DNA of 64,000 nt from Eledone cirrhosa (GCA_964016885.1 CAXHJY010001309.1:1-64000), one strand, 5' to 3'; numbered from the stretch's first letter, positions 1-23,100 are shown. Made by a program: numbers and translations. The notes: generated from the sequence alone by a model not told the origin.

Positions 1-3816
<3,816 letters not shown>

Positions 3817-3817
<1 letters not shown>

Positions 3818-5640
3818 GAAGAGCTGAAGAGGCCTGGGCCATTGAGAAGATCAAACTCAATCCCAAAGTGTTCTTTTCATTTGCAAAAATACACAAAATC
3901 ACTGGCTCTACTGTTGGCCCTCTAATTGATGAAAATGGCACTCTTCAAGACAATGCTAAAACCATGGGTGAGATACTGCAGAAACAATACTGCTCTGTTT
4001 TCAGCAATCCTGATATGGCCGATCTGGGCTGTATCGGCGATGTTACTCCCCATTACACCTTATCGGACATAACGTTTGGCGCCCCTGATGTCTTGGCGGC
4101 AATAAAGGAAATCAAGCATAATTCAGCAGTAGGTCCCGATAGGTTCCCTGCTTGTGTCTTGAAGGCGTGTCAACACCAACTTGCATCTCCTTTTTCCAAC
4201 CTGTGGCGGAACTCACTGGATGCTGGATATGTGCCAGAAAACCTTCTATCCCAGTCTGTTGTCCCAGTTTTCAAAAAGGGAAACAAATCCCTTGCCGTGA
4301 ATTACCGTCCAATCGCACTCACCTCTCATATCATTAAGGTATTTGAGCGAGTGGTGAGATCGCGAATGACCCACTTCCTTGAGAGTAACAATATGCTGAA
4401 CTCCAACCAGCATGGATTCCGTAATGGAAGGGATTGCCTGACGCAGCTACTGCATCACTTTGATGACATTTTGAGAGCCTTGGGGAGAGGGTTCCAACAC
4501 TGATGTTATCTACCTTGATTTCAGCAAGGCCTTTGACAGGGTTGATCATAACATTCTACTGAGAAAGCTGTCCAATATTGGTGTCACTGGAAAGCTGCTG
4601 CAGTGGATCAAGAGCTTCCTGTCAAACAGAACCCAACATGTTGTAGTTGAGGGAGTCAAATCAAGCCAGAGCCAAAGTCAGTAGTGGGGTCCCACAAGGC
4701 ACTGTGTTGGGCCCACTTCTCTTCATCATCTATATTAATGACATCACTGACATCATCAAACACAGCAACATTAAAATTTTCGCTGATGATTCCAAGCTCC
4801 AAAAGGTCATCAATGGCGTGGATGACTGGATAAGCCCAATGGGCAGAAAAGAACAACATGTTACTGAACGAAAACAAATTCGAACTGATCCACTTTGGAA
4901 AAGAGGATGCTCTGAAACTCCCGTACTCCCTTCCCTCCGGGGAAACTCTCGTGGCATCTAACAACATCAGAGACTTGGGAGTAACCGTGGACAGCAACAT
5001 AAGCTGGACCACGCATATAAGCAGCAAAGTTGACATGGCCCGCAGAATGTGTTCCTGGATCCTCAGAACCTTCCAGTCGAGAGATTCCCGCACCATTATC
5101 CTTCTCTTCTCTACTTTCGCCCGACCACACCTTGAATACTGTTGTCCACTGTGGTCTCCCCACACGAAACAAAGTATCATGAAACTTGAAGCTCCTCAAA
5201 GGGCAATCACGAAAAAGATAGATGGCATGTCAGACCTTGACTACTGGGGTCGATTAGAAAACCTGAAACTTTACTCACTCCAACGTCGCCGTGAGCGTTA
5301 TATTATCTGCATGATGTGGAAAATGTTGCATCATCACTCCCCAAATGATGTTGGCATCGCCTTCAAGATACACCCAAGGCTTGGGCCCCGTGCTATCCGT
5401 CCCATTCAAAAATCTAAATCGCAACTCATAACAACAATACGGCACAATTATTTCACCTCAATCGGCCCTGCTCTCTTCAACATCACACCAGGACACGTCA
5501 AAACAGAAACTGACCAGACAAAATTCAAGAAGTCTTTGGACAAATCCCTCCAAGTAATCCCGGACAAACCACCCACACCCGGATATGTCTCCGCAAACAG
5601 TAATTCTCTTCTCGAATGGGCCATGGTGCCCAAATCCTGA
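3817..5640 (+). pseudogene. LINE ORF2 reverse transcriptase, lacking the APE endonuclease N-terminus, with frameshifts near 4490, 4670 and 4830
   Basis: The ORF track splits the RT into 2098..4503 (C-terminal part), 4647..4961 and 4858..5640. Stop TGA at 5638-5640. Confidence 0.9.
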
Positions 5641-5724
5641 ATTGAAAGACTTCGCCAGGTGGTGCTATTAAGTTAAACATGGCCTGGGCCAATACTGGCC
5701 AAAACATTTCAAAGTTATTCAAAG

Positions 5725-5725
<1 letters not shown>
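3817..5725 (+). mobile_element. 5'-truncated non-LTR retrotransposon (CR1/L2 group LINE) inserted in (TA)n
   Basis: GC-richer island with RT motifs across three frames: [35 protein letters not shown] (4510-4538), GVPQGTVLGPLLF..YIND, FADD, RPHLEYCCPLWSP, LYSLQRRRER. Short 3' UTR with a GGCC...GGCC hairpin and a terminal (TTCAAAGTTA)x2 repeat, typical of CR1/L2 tails. Confidence 0.95.
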
Positions 5726-7270
<1,545 letters not shown>

Positions 7271-7516
7271 ATCAATGGCAACATTGAGGACCGAATAAAT
7301 TAGATTACCGATATAAAAGACACAGAAGTGAAAAGCGAAAACCAACCAAACAGTGAGTGTGTTCTGTTATTAATTCTGGCAATATTACACAAATATGACC
7401 CTTCCCATATATATATATATATGCTTACGTTTATTTTATATATATATTCATATATATATACTTATATATATATATATATGCTTACGTTTATTTTTATATA
7501 TATTCATATATATACT

Positions 7517-7590
<74 letters not shown>

Positions 7591-8214
7591 TTCATGAATG
7601 TATATATATTTACTAATATATATATATATATATATATATATGTGCGTGTGTGTGTGTGTTTGGTGGGGTGTATGTATATTAAAACATACGTATTTTAGAA
7701 AAGAACAAGTAATTCCAATATAGAATATGCTGTTCTATAGATATAATCTTCTGACATAATTTAAATAATGGAAGATTTTCGAAATATTAAAATTTACGAA
7801 TTAATATCTCTCGAAATTTTCTGCACGATGTATTTAAGTAGATTTATTTGAAATGAAATTAGAAAATATACAAGCGAACAAATAAATGAATAATACGCTG
7901 TACTTCTTTAAAATGTAATTACTAAGTAGTGTGTGTCAGTAAAACTTTATAGATATTAATCTGAGAGTGATTTGTAAAATTCTTGTAAAATATATATATA
8001 GACTATTTAATGTCCTAATGGGCATGTTGTTTCGTAGGATACTTTGAGACCAACCAACAATAAATTATAATTTCAAAATTCCTAAAGCCATATTCAAATT
8101 CTATTCTTAAATATGTACGTTAAGATTGTAAGTGCTACGTTTTATTGTACAAGTATATATTGCAGCGTATATATATGCGGGTATGTTTAAATTGTATATA
8201 TATATATATATATA

Positions 8215-8429
8215 TAGAAGTGGTTACACAACAGTTAGTTCACCATACTGGGAGAACAATTGTTTCACCTTAGCGAATCCTCAGCTCGTGATTACGAGCT
8301 GAGGATCCGCTAGGTGAAACTATTGTTCTCGGTATAGTAGACTAACTGTTGTGTAACCACATCTACCTAACTCGTCCATGGACTGAGTGATCTACCACTT
8401 CGGATATTACCTTTCAGTGTTCTAACACT
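8215..8429. mobile_element. Fold-back PLE-pLTR-like element (family A): ~70-bp inverted arms 8215-8365 plus right-hand tail, flanked by (TA)n
   Basis: TAGAAGTGGTTACACAACAGTTAGT... is mirrored by ...ACTAACTGTTGTGTAACCACATCTA. Each arm carries an HHR core. Confidence 0.75.
8295..8331 (+). ncRNA. Minimal type I hammerhead ribozyme (second copy on the minus strand at about 8252-8288)
   Basis: CGAG-CTGAGGA-T CC gcta GG T-GAAAC tatt GTT-CTCG: stem I CGAG/CTCG, core CUGANGA...GAAA, predicted cleavage after GUU. The minus copy has the palindromic stem III AACAATTGTT. Confidence 0.8.
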
Positions 8430-8456
8430 ATATATATATATATATATATGTGTGTA

Positions 8457-8528
<72 letters not shown>

Positions 8529-8533
8529 TATAA

Positions 8534-9023
8534 TATAATGAAATGACAGGAGGCTGGATTTGTGTAAATCCTTGAAAGGTTTATTATACTATGATCATTT
8601 CAATGACCGGGTTCCGTATGAATCCGGTGATATCATCAGGTATTCGAAATATAATACGTGAATGTAATAGATAGAATCCATGGGGCTGAAAATCGAGGAC
8701 CCGGAGGCGACCGCTATTCTGTTCCTTCAACCTCAGCCGGTCGCCTTGAGGTTGAAGGAACAGAATAGCGGTCGCCCTCGGGTCCTCGATTTTCAGCCCC
8801 CATGGATTTTATCTATTACATTCACGTATTATATTTCGAATACCTCATGATATCACCGGATTCATACGGAACCCGGTCATTGAAATGATCATAGTATAAT
8901 AAACCTTTGAAGGATTTACACAAATCCAGCCTCCTGTCATTTCATTATAATATTTAACTCCGTAATAGCACCACCAACTACAAAAACAAAGACGGTTGAA
9001 CTGCCTTACGTTGAGTACTCTCT
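8534..9023. mobile_element. Fold-back PLE-pLTR-like element (family B): ~200-bp inverted arms 8534-8949 plus right-hand tail
   Basis: Near-perfect inverted repeat centred at about 8741, with an HHR in each arm followed by AATAAA. Confidence 0.8.
8586..8643 (-). ncRNA. Type I hammerhead ribozyme with long stem II (plus-strand mirror at 8840-8897 has core mutation CTCATGA)
   Basis: Minus strand reads ATAC-CTGATGA-tatc ACCGG attcatacggaac CCGGT catt-GAAAT gatc ATA-GTAT, with palindromic stem III ATGATCAT. Confidence 0.75.
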
Positions 9024-9365
9024 ATATTATTGCATTACGATTGACCATACGGAATAGACCAGCTCTATACAGTGGTGAACCTCAAACCTATTAAAAAAAC
9101 AGATTAAAGTTTAAGCAAAGAATCGCTACTTTCACCCTTAACGGGATCTGAGTTTGGTGAGATTATCAGATGTAAATTCTAGAAAGAGTCGTGGGAACAA
9201 CTGGTTCTCATCACAGTTGGTAAGGTACTCAAAACATTAGTAGAGTGTAAACATCAAGTTTGTTAGAGACATAGCTTCTACAGTACTAAACTTTCATTCT
9301 AAATATTAAATATGGTAGAAGTAAACTTCTTATGGAAAAGACAGTATATAAATATAAATATATAT

Positions 9366-9584
9366 GTGTGAAGTAATTCCGCCGGAAAGGTCCAGGAAAA
9401 AGCAGTGCTCTATGTAGGTTACAGAGCTTAATAGTTATGTAATAAACAACATAAGATAATTATTTCATTTACCAGTGGTTTCTTGAAAGCAAAAACTGTA
9501 GAGTGCTCAACTAATCGGGCTTTCAAGAAACCACTAATAAATGAAATAATTATCTTATGTTGTTTATTACATAACTATTAAGCT
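9366..9584. mobile_element. Fold-back element: ~65-bp inverted arms 9425-9584 plus left-hand tail; HHR 3' half only
   Basis: AGCTTAATAGTTATGTAATAAACAAC... is mirrored. GAAAT-AATT-ATC palindromic stem III motif is present, but the core is at best degenerate (CTGTAGA at about 9496). Confidence 0.6.
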
Positions 9585-9596
9585 ATATATATATAT

Positions 9597-10288
<692 letters not shown>

Positions 10289-10439
10289 AGTAAGATTGCT
10301 TGAATGCGAATCCATAATCATGTTCGATCTACAATTAGATCCTACCTCGAGCTATTCGCCGGAGAAACAAGTGTAAATCGTTAATAAATTGTGTTTCGAT
10401 GCATTACTGTTTCTTCGTTTTCCATATAATATATAATAT

Positions 10440-10680
10440 ATAATAATATTAATAATAATAATGTCCGTTTACAATTGTTTCGCTACTCCATATAATATTT
10501 TTCGATCAGATGACTATATATCATAATTGATCTGGTTCAGTTGAAAATATTCAGGTTTAAATATGTTAATTATTTTCAACTGAACCAGATCAATTATGAT
10601 ATGTACTCATCTGATCCAAAAATATTATATGGAGTAGCGAAACAATTGTAAACGGACATTATTATTATTAATATTATTAT
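10440..10680. mobile_element. Fold-back element with ~105-bp inverted arms; HHR-like 3' half GAAAC-AATT-GTA
   Basis: ATGTCCGTTTACAATTGTTTCGCTACTCCATATAATATTT is mirrored at 10620-10660. Confidence 0.65.
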
Positions 10681-10981
10681 TATTATTATTATTATTTACA
10701 TTCCTTACATCAAACTAAAATATGTTGACAATCTTTTAATAATGTCTTCCTTGGGAAATTTGTGGTCTTGCTTTGCTTAACTAATGAATATTTCCAGCTC
10801 TGCGCACCTAACTTCTGCATGAACCCAGCCACCTGGCTGCTTTCTACTGCATATTGCACATTGTGCACATGCCTTCACGCTTTGGCTTCTAACTAACTCA
10901 CCAATATCTCCTTTCATATCTCCTCTACTATCTCCATCTCTCTCTTTAAGATTGGTTACTCTTGAACTGTATGTATATATG

Positions 10982-11023
<42 letters not shown>

Positions 11024-11444
11024 ATTATCCATAAGAAATTTACTTCTACCATATTTCATATATGAATTTAAAACGTATTAGGATTCCACTTGGTAGTTTG
11101 TATGATGTCTTAACAGAAAGTGTGTGTGTGACAGTATATACTTAAAAAAAATCAATGTAAAATAATAAACTGGACAAACGCTAATGACTATTTCCTTTTA
11201 ACGCGTTACTGTAATATCAGAATGCGGCAAGACAAATGTAGCGAACATATCATAATTAAACAGTCAATCATACTATAGTGCATACAGACTTCAATATTGT
11301 GTGGACATATGCATTTATGTATTCACAAACGCATACACGACCACACACACACACTCATATGTATAATGAAAGCTTATAATTTCTAATTTCAAACTCGCGC
11401 ACTGTTTCAAAAACAATACATACATGTTTACGTTTATAATTTGC

Positions 11445-12623
<1,179 letters not shown>

Positions 12624-13353
12624 TTAGAATTACAATTTGTCATTTCCGATAATGTGTTTGAGACATTCTGTGGACTACAGCTTCAAGGCTTGCCCACAGG
12701 ATGCTCCCCTCTCCAAAATTACATACCTGACTGAGCTTTAAATAGTAACAGTGGGAATAAAATTCTATTAAATTGATTTTATTTATTTTATTTATCTAAT
12801 TACATTTTTTTTTTCGGTAATTAATATATTTTGTTCTAGTTTGTTTTCTTTCGATGGTTTTGAATATCACTCAAACTATCATTTTTCATCAATTACGTTT
12901 TCTTCATTATCTTTTTTTTTTTAAATTAATTCAGTTATTATCGTTACCACCCATAACTTTTACCTTCTAGTTGTTGCTATATCTTTCTTTAAGTTTCTCC
13001 ATTATGTTGTCAAATTACGGGCAGATCTATTAGACAAGCCCTCTACCGTTTTCCCACCAACTATATTCTACATAGTTTGGAGTTAAAAAACTTATCAGGA
13101 CAATAAAATACCAAATGTTTACTACTGTGTTTTTATTTTTCATGTAATCGATTTTCATAATGAGTCTTTTAATTACTAATTCATGAAATATATTCTAATT
13201 TTATTTCTTGCTACGATCCCCCATCTCTCCAATAATTGATTATAATTGCTTACAAATTCATTTACGAAATTATTCCCACTTAAATATTTTAAAATAAATT
13301 AATTCCATGAACATATACATATAAATACACACACATACACATTCGCACTTACT

Positions 13354-13428
<75 letters not shown>

Positions 13429-13466
13429 ATAGTAATAATAAAATTGAAGACTAATAAACGAGTTCT

Positions 13467-13518
13467 GATTCCTGATGATTTCTAAAGAAGAATAAAACAG
13501 TTCTAGTCCTGTAGAATC
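13467..13518 (+). ncRNA. Degenerate hammerhead ribozyme, family C (GAAA mutated to TAAAA)
   Basis: GATTC-CTGATGA-TTTCTAAAGAAGAAT-AAAA-CAG ttctagtc CTG-TA-GAATC. Nearly identical to the 36612-36711 copies and lies between (TA)n tracts. Confidence 0.65.
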
Positions 13519-13905
13519 TCATCTATATCATATATATATATATATATATATATATACGTCTACACATATGTACGTTCATGGATACATATGTAGACACATT
13601 TGAGTATATGCTGTTAATAATGTACAGTGTGTGGATTTGTAGGTCTTCGTGCCACAAAACATATCAAAATTACTATTCTATTGGTAAAGATGCAAAATAA
13701 TGTATTTGATAATGTGACTTGGGTCCGCAGGTCATATACCTATGAACAACCACAATCTCCCTATTCATATTCAGATTGCAGATGAACGGGCCTTGAATAT
13801 TTATAAGGGAGCAAGCTCTAAAATGTCACCACCTCCGACAGTGAGCAGTTTTGTCATAGACAGATGTCGTCTAAATATCCTGCGCCTAATGTTCTTACCA
13901 TTAGT

Positions 13906-13940
<35 letters not shown>

Positions 13941-14026
13941 GGAGAGAGAGAGAGGAAGAGAAAGAGAGTGAGTGAAAGAGATATGTATATATAAATAACT
14001 CTCTATATACATTATCTATATAGGAA

Positions 14027-14134
<108 letters not shown>

Positions 14135-14195
14135 TAGATACAGATATAGATAGATAGATAGATAGATATGTATATATACCTATCTGTCTCTATAC

Positions 14196-14256
<61 letters not shown>

Positions 14257-15914
14257 CATCTTCTCTTGAAAATCTTTCCTGTATTCTTCTGAAGCGGCGC
14301 TTTGTGTTTCCACTGAGTGTTTGGCTGATAAAATGATAACATGAAATATTAGATGACACGCTGTATTGTTAGAGTTACAATTACTAACAGAAAAAGGCAA
14401 ACTCACTCAGCCACTGAAATTACGCACGAATAATGATATGGATTATTGTTTTATCTTCTTTTTTTCATACATATTTTTTCTGCTGCTGGTTAGCTCCAGT
14501 GACCTGGCAAAGTTTGTTCTCGGCGTCACACGATATTTTTTTTGTGTTATTATGTTGTTAAACTGTATATATCTAGGACTATATTATATCATGTGTGCTT
14601 CCCTCTTTGGCTCTATGACAATGATATTGAACAATGATATAAGAATCCAAAGTAAGTGAAGACGAAAACAAATAATATGGTCTCTAGACTCTTGTGATGG
14701 TATGTTTTATATTATAAAAAATTAGATATGGAAGAGACACTGCTGTTATATATTTCATGGCATACTGCCGAGCAAATATGTAAAAAAGATGTATGAATAA
14801 ATTTATCAAGCTAAAATGCTTCTTCTATTTCTGTATGTATTCCAAATATAAATATGTGCAGCCTTCCTTTGTGTATTATGTATTTATAGTTAGTATTAAA
14901 TTAGTTTTCAAAGACCTATGGAAAAAACGAATAAAATAGTCAGTAAAATATTGTTATACCGAGTGTCGTGAGAACCAAGATTGCAAAGTTTCGAATGAAC
15001 GGTTTGATAAATAATTTCCGAAACGAAATGTAGCTGTTATATTTTTGATGAGGCCTGAATGGGGAACTATTCAAAAGGGTATGATGAAAAATTACGCCGC
15101 TCAAAACCTTTTGCAATTTAATAGTTTAAATCTAACTTCATCTTAATCTTTAAATATTTCGTGCGGTTGTAACAGTAAAGTAATATGGATGAATGATTAT
15201 AATTGCTTTTTCCATACATCTGAGAAATGTGTAACTGGGGAACTGTGAGTTTGAATAGAAGTCCCAGTCCTAACTAGCGTTTCAACCACTCCTATATGGC
15301 TATATCATGTTCTTCTTCTCTCAATATCTGTTATCGGAACTGCAAGAATATGTTTAAAATATTTTTGCAGATGAATTACACACATCCAACCAAATTCTTT
15401 TAAATGCAATGACGTCTTCTGTGGAGGTTGTAAGGGAGATATACGTATATAACTATGTAGATTCTAATGCCAATTCTTCCCATTTCAGTTCGTTAAGATG
15501 AGCACTTTAGTTTCTCAGTCTTTTAACACTCATGTGACTTTAGAGCTTACATAATGTAATTAAAATATCCATTGATTTCAGATATTGCACTCATATTCTA
15601 AATGGAAAAGGAAATGCTAGGAAATATTAGAATCTATAATGCTTTTCTCGCCTAACGTTTATCAATACCGCAAACCCTGTAGTGAGATGTGCTATCAAGA
15701 TTACAAGATTATACAAATTGAACTTCCCGACCGGATTTGAACCGATTGAAATAATTTATTAATGAATAATTAATGATCAGAAACCCTTCTTAGTGTAAAC
15801 TTTGAAATGTGTTTAAAACAGAGCGTAGTAAAATAGAGTATATATATGTATGTTTGTATGTATGTATTTATGTATGTATTTATGTATTATGTATATATTA
15901 TGTATGTATTGTGT

Positions 15915-16060
15915 AGTGGATTGGCAGTATCAGTAGAGGGTCGGACGCCATGCTTTCCAGCATAGTTACGTTCCTTTACGATCTGAGTTCAAATCTCGCC
16001 GAGGTTGACTTTGCCTTTCATCCTTACGGGGTCGATCTTGTGCCTAAAGTAGAGACAATT
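15915..16060 (+). mobile_element. tRNA-derived SINE, cephalopod type
   Basis: A-box-like TGGCAGTATCAGT, B-box GAGTTCAAATC, conserved GCCGAGGTTGACTTTGCCTTTCATCCTTACGGGGTCGAT. Three other copies occur in the window. Confidence 0.8.
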
Positions 16061-16086
16061 ATGTATGTTTTATGTATGTATGTATG

Positions 16087-16118
<32 letters not shown>

Positions 16119-16361
16119 ATGTAAACAGAAATAACAACACAATCGGTACTGTAAATGGAAGGATTATATTAGGTTAACGCATGAAATAGCAGGAAGAGGG
16201 TCTTAACGTTTCCAACGCCAGTCCTTCACCAGCAGAAAGAAAGAATGAGAAATAAAATAGATTGAGGGGATGGGTGGGGTGGAATTGGGAAAAATCTATT
16301 TAGATAAAAATAACAGGTCCATTCATGTTGCCATCTCTTGGAAAACGTTTGTGTATAATAT

Positions 16362-16411
<50 letters not shown>

Positions 16412-16709
16412 ATATAAATGAAAATAGAGAAATTAATGTGAGCAAGAAGACAACAGTATTTCATAATGTATAAGTGACTATAACGTCAACATGGAAGATA
16501 TTTAAACGTAAGATATGGTAAAATAATTCAAACTCACTTCAAAAAAAAGTCAAGACAGAAATTTTATCCACAGATGTTGTGAAATCCAGGGAAAAAGCCT
16601 ATAGAGTCCTAACTCAGAATAAAATCAAGGTTAAATACTCATCCTACAATTTGGAAAAGCTACAAATGCTCTATATAGTCTTAAAGAGACTATATATATA
16701 TATATATAT

Positions 16710-16823
<114 letters not shown>

Positions 16824-16923
16824 GAGAGAGAGAGAGTGGAAGAGTGGGGGCGAGTCCGTGTGGGCTTACTAAACACACAAGCCGAAACCGCTTGCAACCG
16901 CAGTTAGGATTTTACATCCCTCC

Positions 16924-18130
<1,207 letters not shown>

Positions 18131-18154
18131 TATATTTATATATATATATATATA

Positions 18155-18257
<103 letters not shown>

Positions 18258-18267
18258 TATATATATG

Positions 18268-18344
<77 letters not shown>

Positions 18345-18375
18345 TATATATATATATATATATATTAATATTATA

Positions 18376-18453
<78 letters not shown>

Positions 18454-18496
18454 ATATATGTATATGTATATATATAATATGTATATATAGTATATA

Positions 18497-18625
<129 letters not shown>

Positions 18626-19319
18626 GTGAGGCGTGTTTGCATGTGTGCTTATGTTTTTGAGTGTAGCCAAATACAGATATTGTGGCTATGACCTACAGTG
18701 CTAGAGTATATTTACACAAGAAATAACATGTAATGATACTCATAACAAACGTACTTAATTCTCGATATACAAATAGATATAGGCGAAGCAAACGAAAGAG
18801 GAATGTCCTATGCTACGAAATTACCGACAATATGTCCAATATGATAAGGCAGTTTTACAATTTATTGCACTCTAGATGGCGTGGTAAGATGTCTAATAAA
18901 AAGTATCACGAGCGATATTGATAATAGAGCATCAGTTGGGTTACATTCGGGATATACTTTTATGATGATGGAGTATTAGATTAGTATGTTATGGTGAATA
19001 TAGTATGCAAGTATTAAACCGAGTTAAAGTGAAACAAGGTTTCTTGAATATATAAAGCACTATCGAAGGATTATTTGTAATCTACTGCAACAACTGTGTA
19101 TATTGCTTTTGTAAACATAAACATACAGCCTATGGTAACTGTTGGTTTGTACATTAGATGCGTGTGGAACGAGGAAATATCCACTACCTTATGTTTGAAA
19201 ACAGTTGGATATTTAGAATGTCATATGCAATAGAAAAGCTTTACGTTCAAACCCATTATCCTTTATATACAAATAAGTAGAATTTATGTTTCAGTAGCAG
19301 AACGGAGGGAAATGGTAAA

Positions 19320-19465
19320 TCATCATCGTCATCATCATCATCCAGCGGCCTCAGCCGGAATCGACTCAACAACTGATGTCCACGTGCGTCTGTCGTTCAT
19401 TGCCGCTGCCAAATCCTGGATTTCAATACCAGAATCTCTGGAGATGACAACGGGATAGGAAAGGT
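19320..19465 (-). mobile_element. 3' end of an RTE-clade LINE with (GAT)n tail
   Basis: Minus strand translates LSYPVVISRDSGIEIQDLAAAMNDRRTWTSVVESIPAEAAG* (AMxDRxxW C-terminal motif), immediately followed by (TGA)n. Confidence 0.7.
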
Positions 19466-22251
19466 TGGGCCCCCGTTTATTAGTCACTGCTTGTCATTTC
19501 CAAAGTATTTGGTATGAAGAGATGGTTAATTAAGAGATCGTTAATTTAATATGACAAGGCTATTATAAATTCTTACATCGTTCTGTAGATCTAATCCCAT
19601 TACAAGCCTATGCAGTTTTAGAGCAGTTAGCTATATTCTCCATTGGAATTAAGTTGTTCTCCTAATGCATCAAATTTAAATCGGTGAGTATTTTCGATCG
19701 GCAAATTTAGGTTGAATAACCTGTCCATTCCTCTGAAATCGCCCTTATGGGACTGGACGAAAAGAATTGATATAAATCTTTTACAAATTACTTAACTGAT
19801 CATTGCTAAAAATGTTTATGAACAACTTTTAGACCATGTGTATATTTTAACTCGATGAACATCCGTTCATCGTATTGTTTAAACTCTAGCAAAGTATTCT
19901 TATGTAAATATATGTCCAAGTTGGCCAACCAAATCTAAACCAATCGGTTTTGATCTCCCTAGAAAGCAAATGTATCCCTTAATCGGGTCCGTATATTTTA
20001 TTTCAGAACAGCCCATCCTTTCCATCGTTGGAAAATGAAAGACAGCTCATGATGTGGCTGTGGATACACTGACCAAACATGTTGTTCGTGATTGCTCTGT
20101 TAGACGTTTTCCCGACGGCAAAACATAATACTACCAATGATGCCTCAACCGCCGTTCTCACCAATCTCGCTCTGTCTTTCTAACCGTTGTGTACATCTCA
20201 TACGACAAGAAGTAAAACAAATAAAAACCCGTCGGTCTGCTGCCGGTAAATATGTTTGATAATGATGTAAGTACTTCCATATATTTTTCAAATAATGTTT
20301 ACATTCCCTAAATAATGATGTTATATTTTATTAGCATTAGAATAGTAACGATGGATAGTATTACAGAGAGATCTCCATAATACAACATCTTATAACTACT
20401 TAACTACAATGATAAGCTAATTGCAGAACTATATATCATAGTTATTCCAGAAAAGAGCTGATGTCGAATTGATAGGAACATATATTTATTTACATAAATA
20501 ACCATTATCATTAAGCGTATTGCAATTTCCTATATACTTTTGTCACACTATTCAATCACCTGTTAAAGTTTGTACAAACCTATTCAAAATAATTTGTGCA
20601 ACTGCGTCATGTATTGATAATTGACAAAATTATTGGAATTTTTAAAATCAACGTTGAGTGCGCTTTGAGAATATATATTCATTAACTTGTTCAATTGATT
20701 TAATGTCTGTATACGAAAAACTGGCCTCCTGCCTATTGAAGGGTAAATCATATCTCGTGCGTTTGAAATTTCTAATATATTTTTCTAATCTTTACACTTC
20801 GTGATATTATGCTATCGTAACAAATCGTATAGGAAAAAAAGCTTCAAAAAGAAAAGTGATTTCACCACTCAATAATGATAAAATTCAACATAACAGTAAA
20901 TGAAAACGAAGTAAAATTTTCAGATAAAAATCGTTACTTTCTCAAACGTAAAGATAATGAAATCTTTTCATTTTGTAGCTATTACTATTGAAAGTTACTA
21001 AGCTCCCGTCCAATTTAATCTGTGACATGAGTTCCTGTTTCGCTTGGGGAGAGATTGTGGTTGCGTCGATAGGGGTACCTAGGAAATATCTGATATCATT
21101 CGTGTATATAATATTGATTATATTGCGTTTATTAAGGAGAGCATGTTAATATCTTTTGATTTTATTCTCTTTACACTGAGGCCAACTACGTTCAAATACA
21201 TAACACATCAGCCATATTTAGACCGCATTCATAACCGTATCGTCATAGAAATTTCATAATTGTTGACATGATTAAGGTCTGTTGTCGAAGAATGTTGATT
21301 GATACACCTAACAGATCGTGTATGGCTTAGAGCCTGTATGGGCAATTTGGTCTCTCTTGATACTTTAGGTTTGTTTATAGTAGGTTTTAGGAAAGAAAAT
21401 ACTAGCAGAAAAAAGTCGATGGAATAACTTACATATATGTAATATGTATGTATGGCTATGTAAAACGACCAGTCATGGTATAATGATTTGCACTAAAAGC
21501 GTAAAACATAGCGGTTAGATTAATGTACAAAGAAATAGCAGATTCTAAGTAGCAGTTTCGAAATAATACCTAAAGACATTGAATCACGTAAACCGTCGTG
21601 TCCCCAGTTTAAATACTGGGGATAATTGCACAATATAGTTCAGTATCTTTTTCTGAATTTGCTGACAGACGATTAGCTCATTGTATCGAAGGACTAAAAA
21701 GCAGAGCAGACATAGTAGCACATAATGAAATTAATAAAAGATGTTATAACGATGTATTGAATATTATCTAGTGCGCTACCTCTCTGCTGTTAAATACTGT
21801 CTAATTTTGTGTAGCATAGAAATGGTAATACCATATAGATAAATATATATTTTAGCACGAAGAGAAAACGATAACAGCGTAGACATTCCCAAGAGGTTAT
21901 ATAAATAATACGTAAGGAGAAATTAAACAGAAATAGAATCTACATAATGTGTTACTAGATTTTGTTTATTTTTGAAGAAAACTGGAGAAATGATTGAGCA
22001 AAACTATATTAGAGTGAGGATTAAAAAATGTCAGGTTAGAAGTTTCCATACTGGAAATGTTTTTATATAGTGTAACAGGAACGTAGCAGCCATAGAAATA
22101 GCACTGAATATATTTTCTTTTTTTTTCTTTATATTTCTTTTTTTCTAAATTCTATACTCTCCGCCGTTTTTTTGTTTTTTTTGTACAGATATACTATGAA
22201 ATAACACCTTTAATATCATCACCATCTCTAAATAATTACTCTGTATGCATA

Positions 22252-22314
<63 letters not shown>

Positions 22315-22320
22315 GTTGAA

Positions 22321-22424
22321 AAGGTTTCTCCATGTTCTCCATGTATATTCCCTTTCAGAAACTAATTAGGTGGAGTGAAATTTAAGTAAGTAAGCTAATT
22401 ACTATAATTTTCTTATTTTACGTT

Positions 22425-22486
<62 letters not shown>

Positions 22487-22589
22487 AACGTAAAATAAGA
22501 AAATTATAGTTATTAGCTTACTTACGTAAATTTCACTGCAACTAATTAGTTTCTGAAAGGGAATATACATGGAGAACATGGAGAAACCT
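22321..22589. repeat. ~110-bp inverted repeat enclosing a (TA)n tract; further direct copies at 23000-23101 and 23522-23608
   Basis: AGGTTTCTCCATGTTCTCCATGTATATTCCCTTTCAGAAACTAATTAG... is mirrored across (AT)n. Confidence 0.9.
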
Positions 22590-23100
22590 ACTCACCATCA
22601 GGGAGTCATTCTCAGTTAAGATACCTGGCGATGCGTGGACACAGGGAACGTATACAAAAATATATTCAGTGGATGGAAGAGAGCAAGCGGGGACTAAATT
22701 CCAGGACACTGAAAAAGTCACTGCCTTCTTGTTCGGTGGCAAATTCAAAAGAATCAATCACGTGACACCGAGGTTAATCAGTGAGGAGTTGGGTGTTAAA
22801 AAGACAGTAACCAAGCTATTACTATAAACTATAGTAGTAAATTTTGGCAAATGTTTGCTCAACAAAATAATTTGGAGATAATTATAAAGAATTAGTATAT
22901 CTACCAACATATATATACAGATGTATACCTATGCAAGCAAATATATAGGTTTTGTCTCAGTAACATTGGGGTTCAATGCAAGGAGATGCAGAACAATTAT
23001 ATGAAAAACGTAAAATAAGAAAAGTATCGTAATTAGCTTACTTACGTAAATTTCACTCCAACTAATTAGTTTCTGAGAGGGAATATACATGGAGAACATG

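Noticed and set aside
4656-5199. Antisense ORFs over the LINE RT
   Set aside because: These are shadow frames of the RT coding sequence with no independent evidence.
14253-14345. Possible minus-strand exon (TTTTATCAG acceptor, ...SVETQSAASEEYRKDFQEKMN)
   Set aside because: There is no splice donor before the (TA)n tract and no recognisable homology; it cannot be supported.
16198-16240. Minus-strand CTGGTGA...GAAACGTT-AAGA, a possible decayed minimal HHR
   Set aside because: The core is mutated, stems I and II are weak, and there is no inverted partner or second copy in the window.
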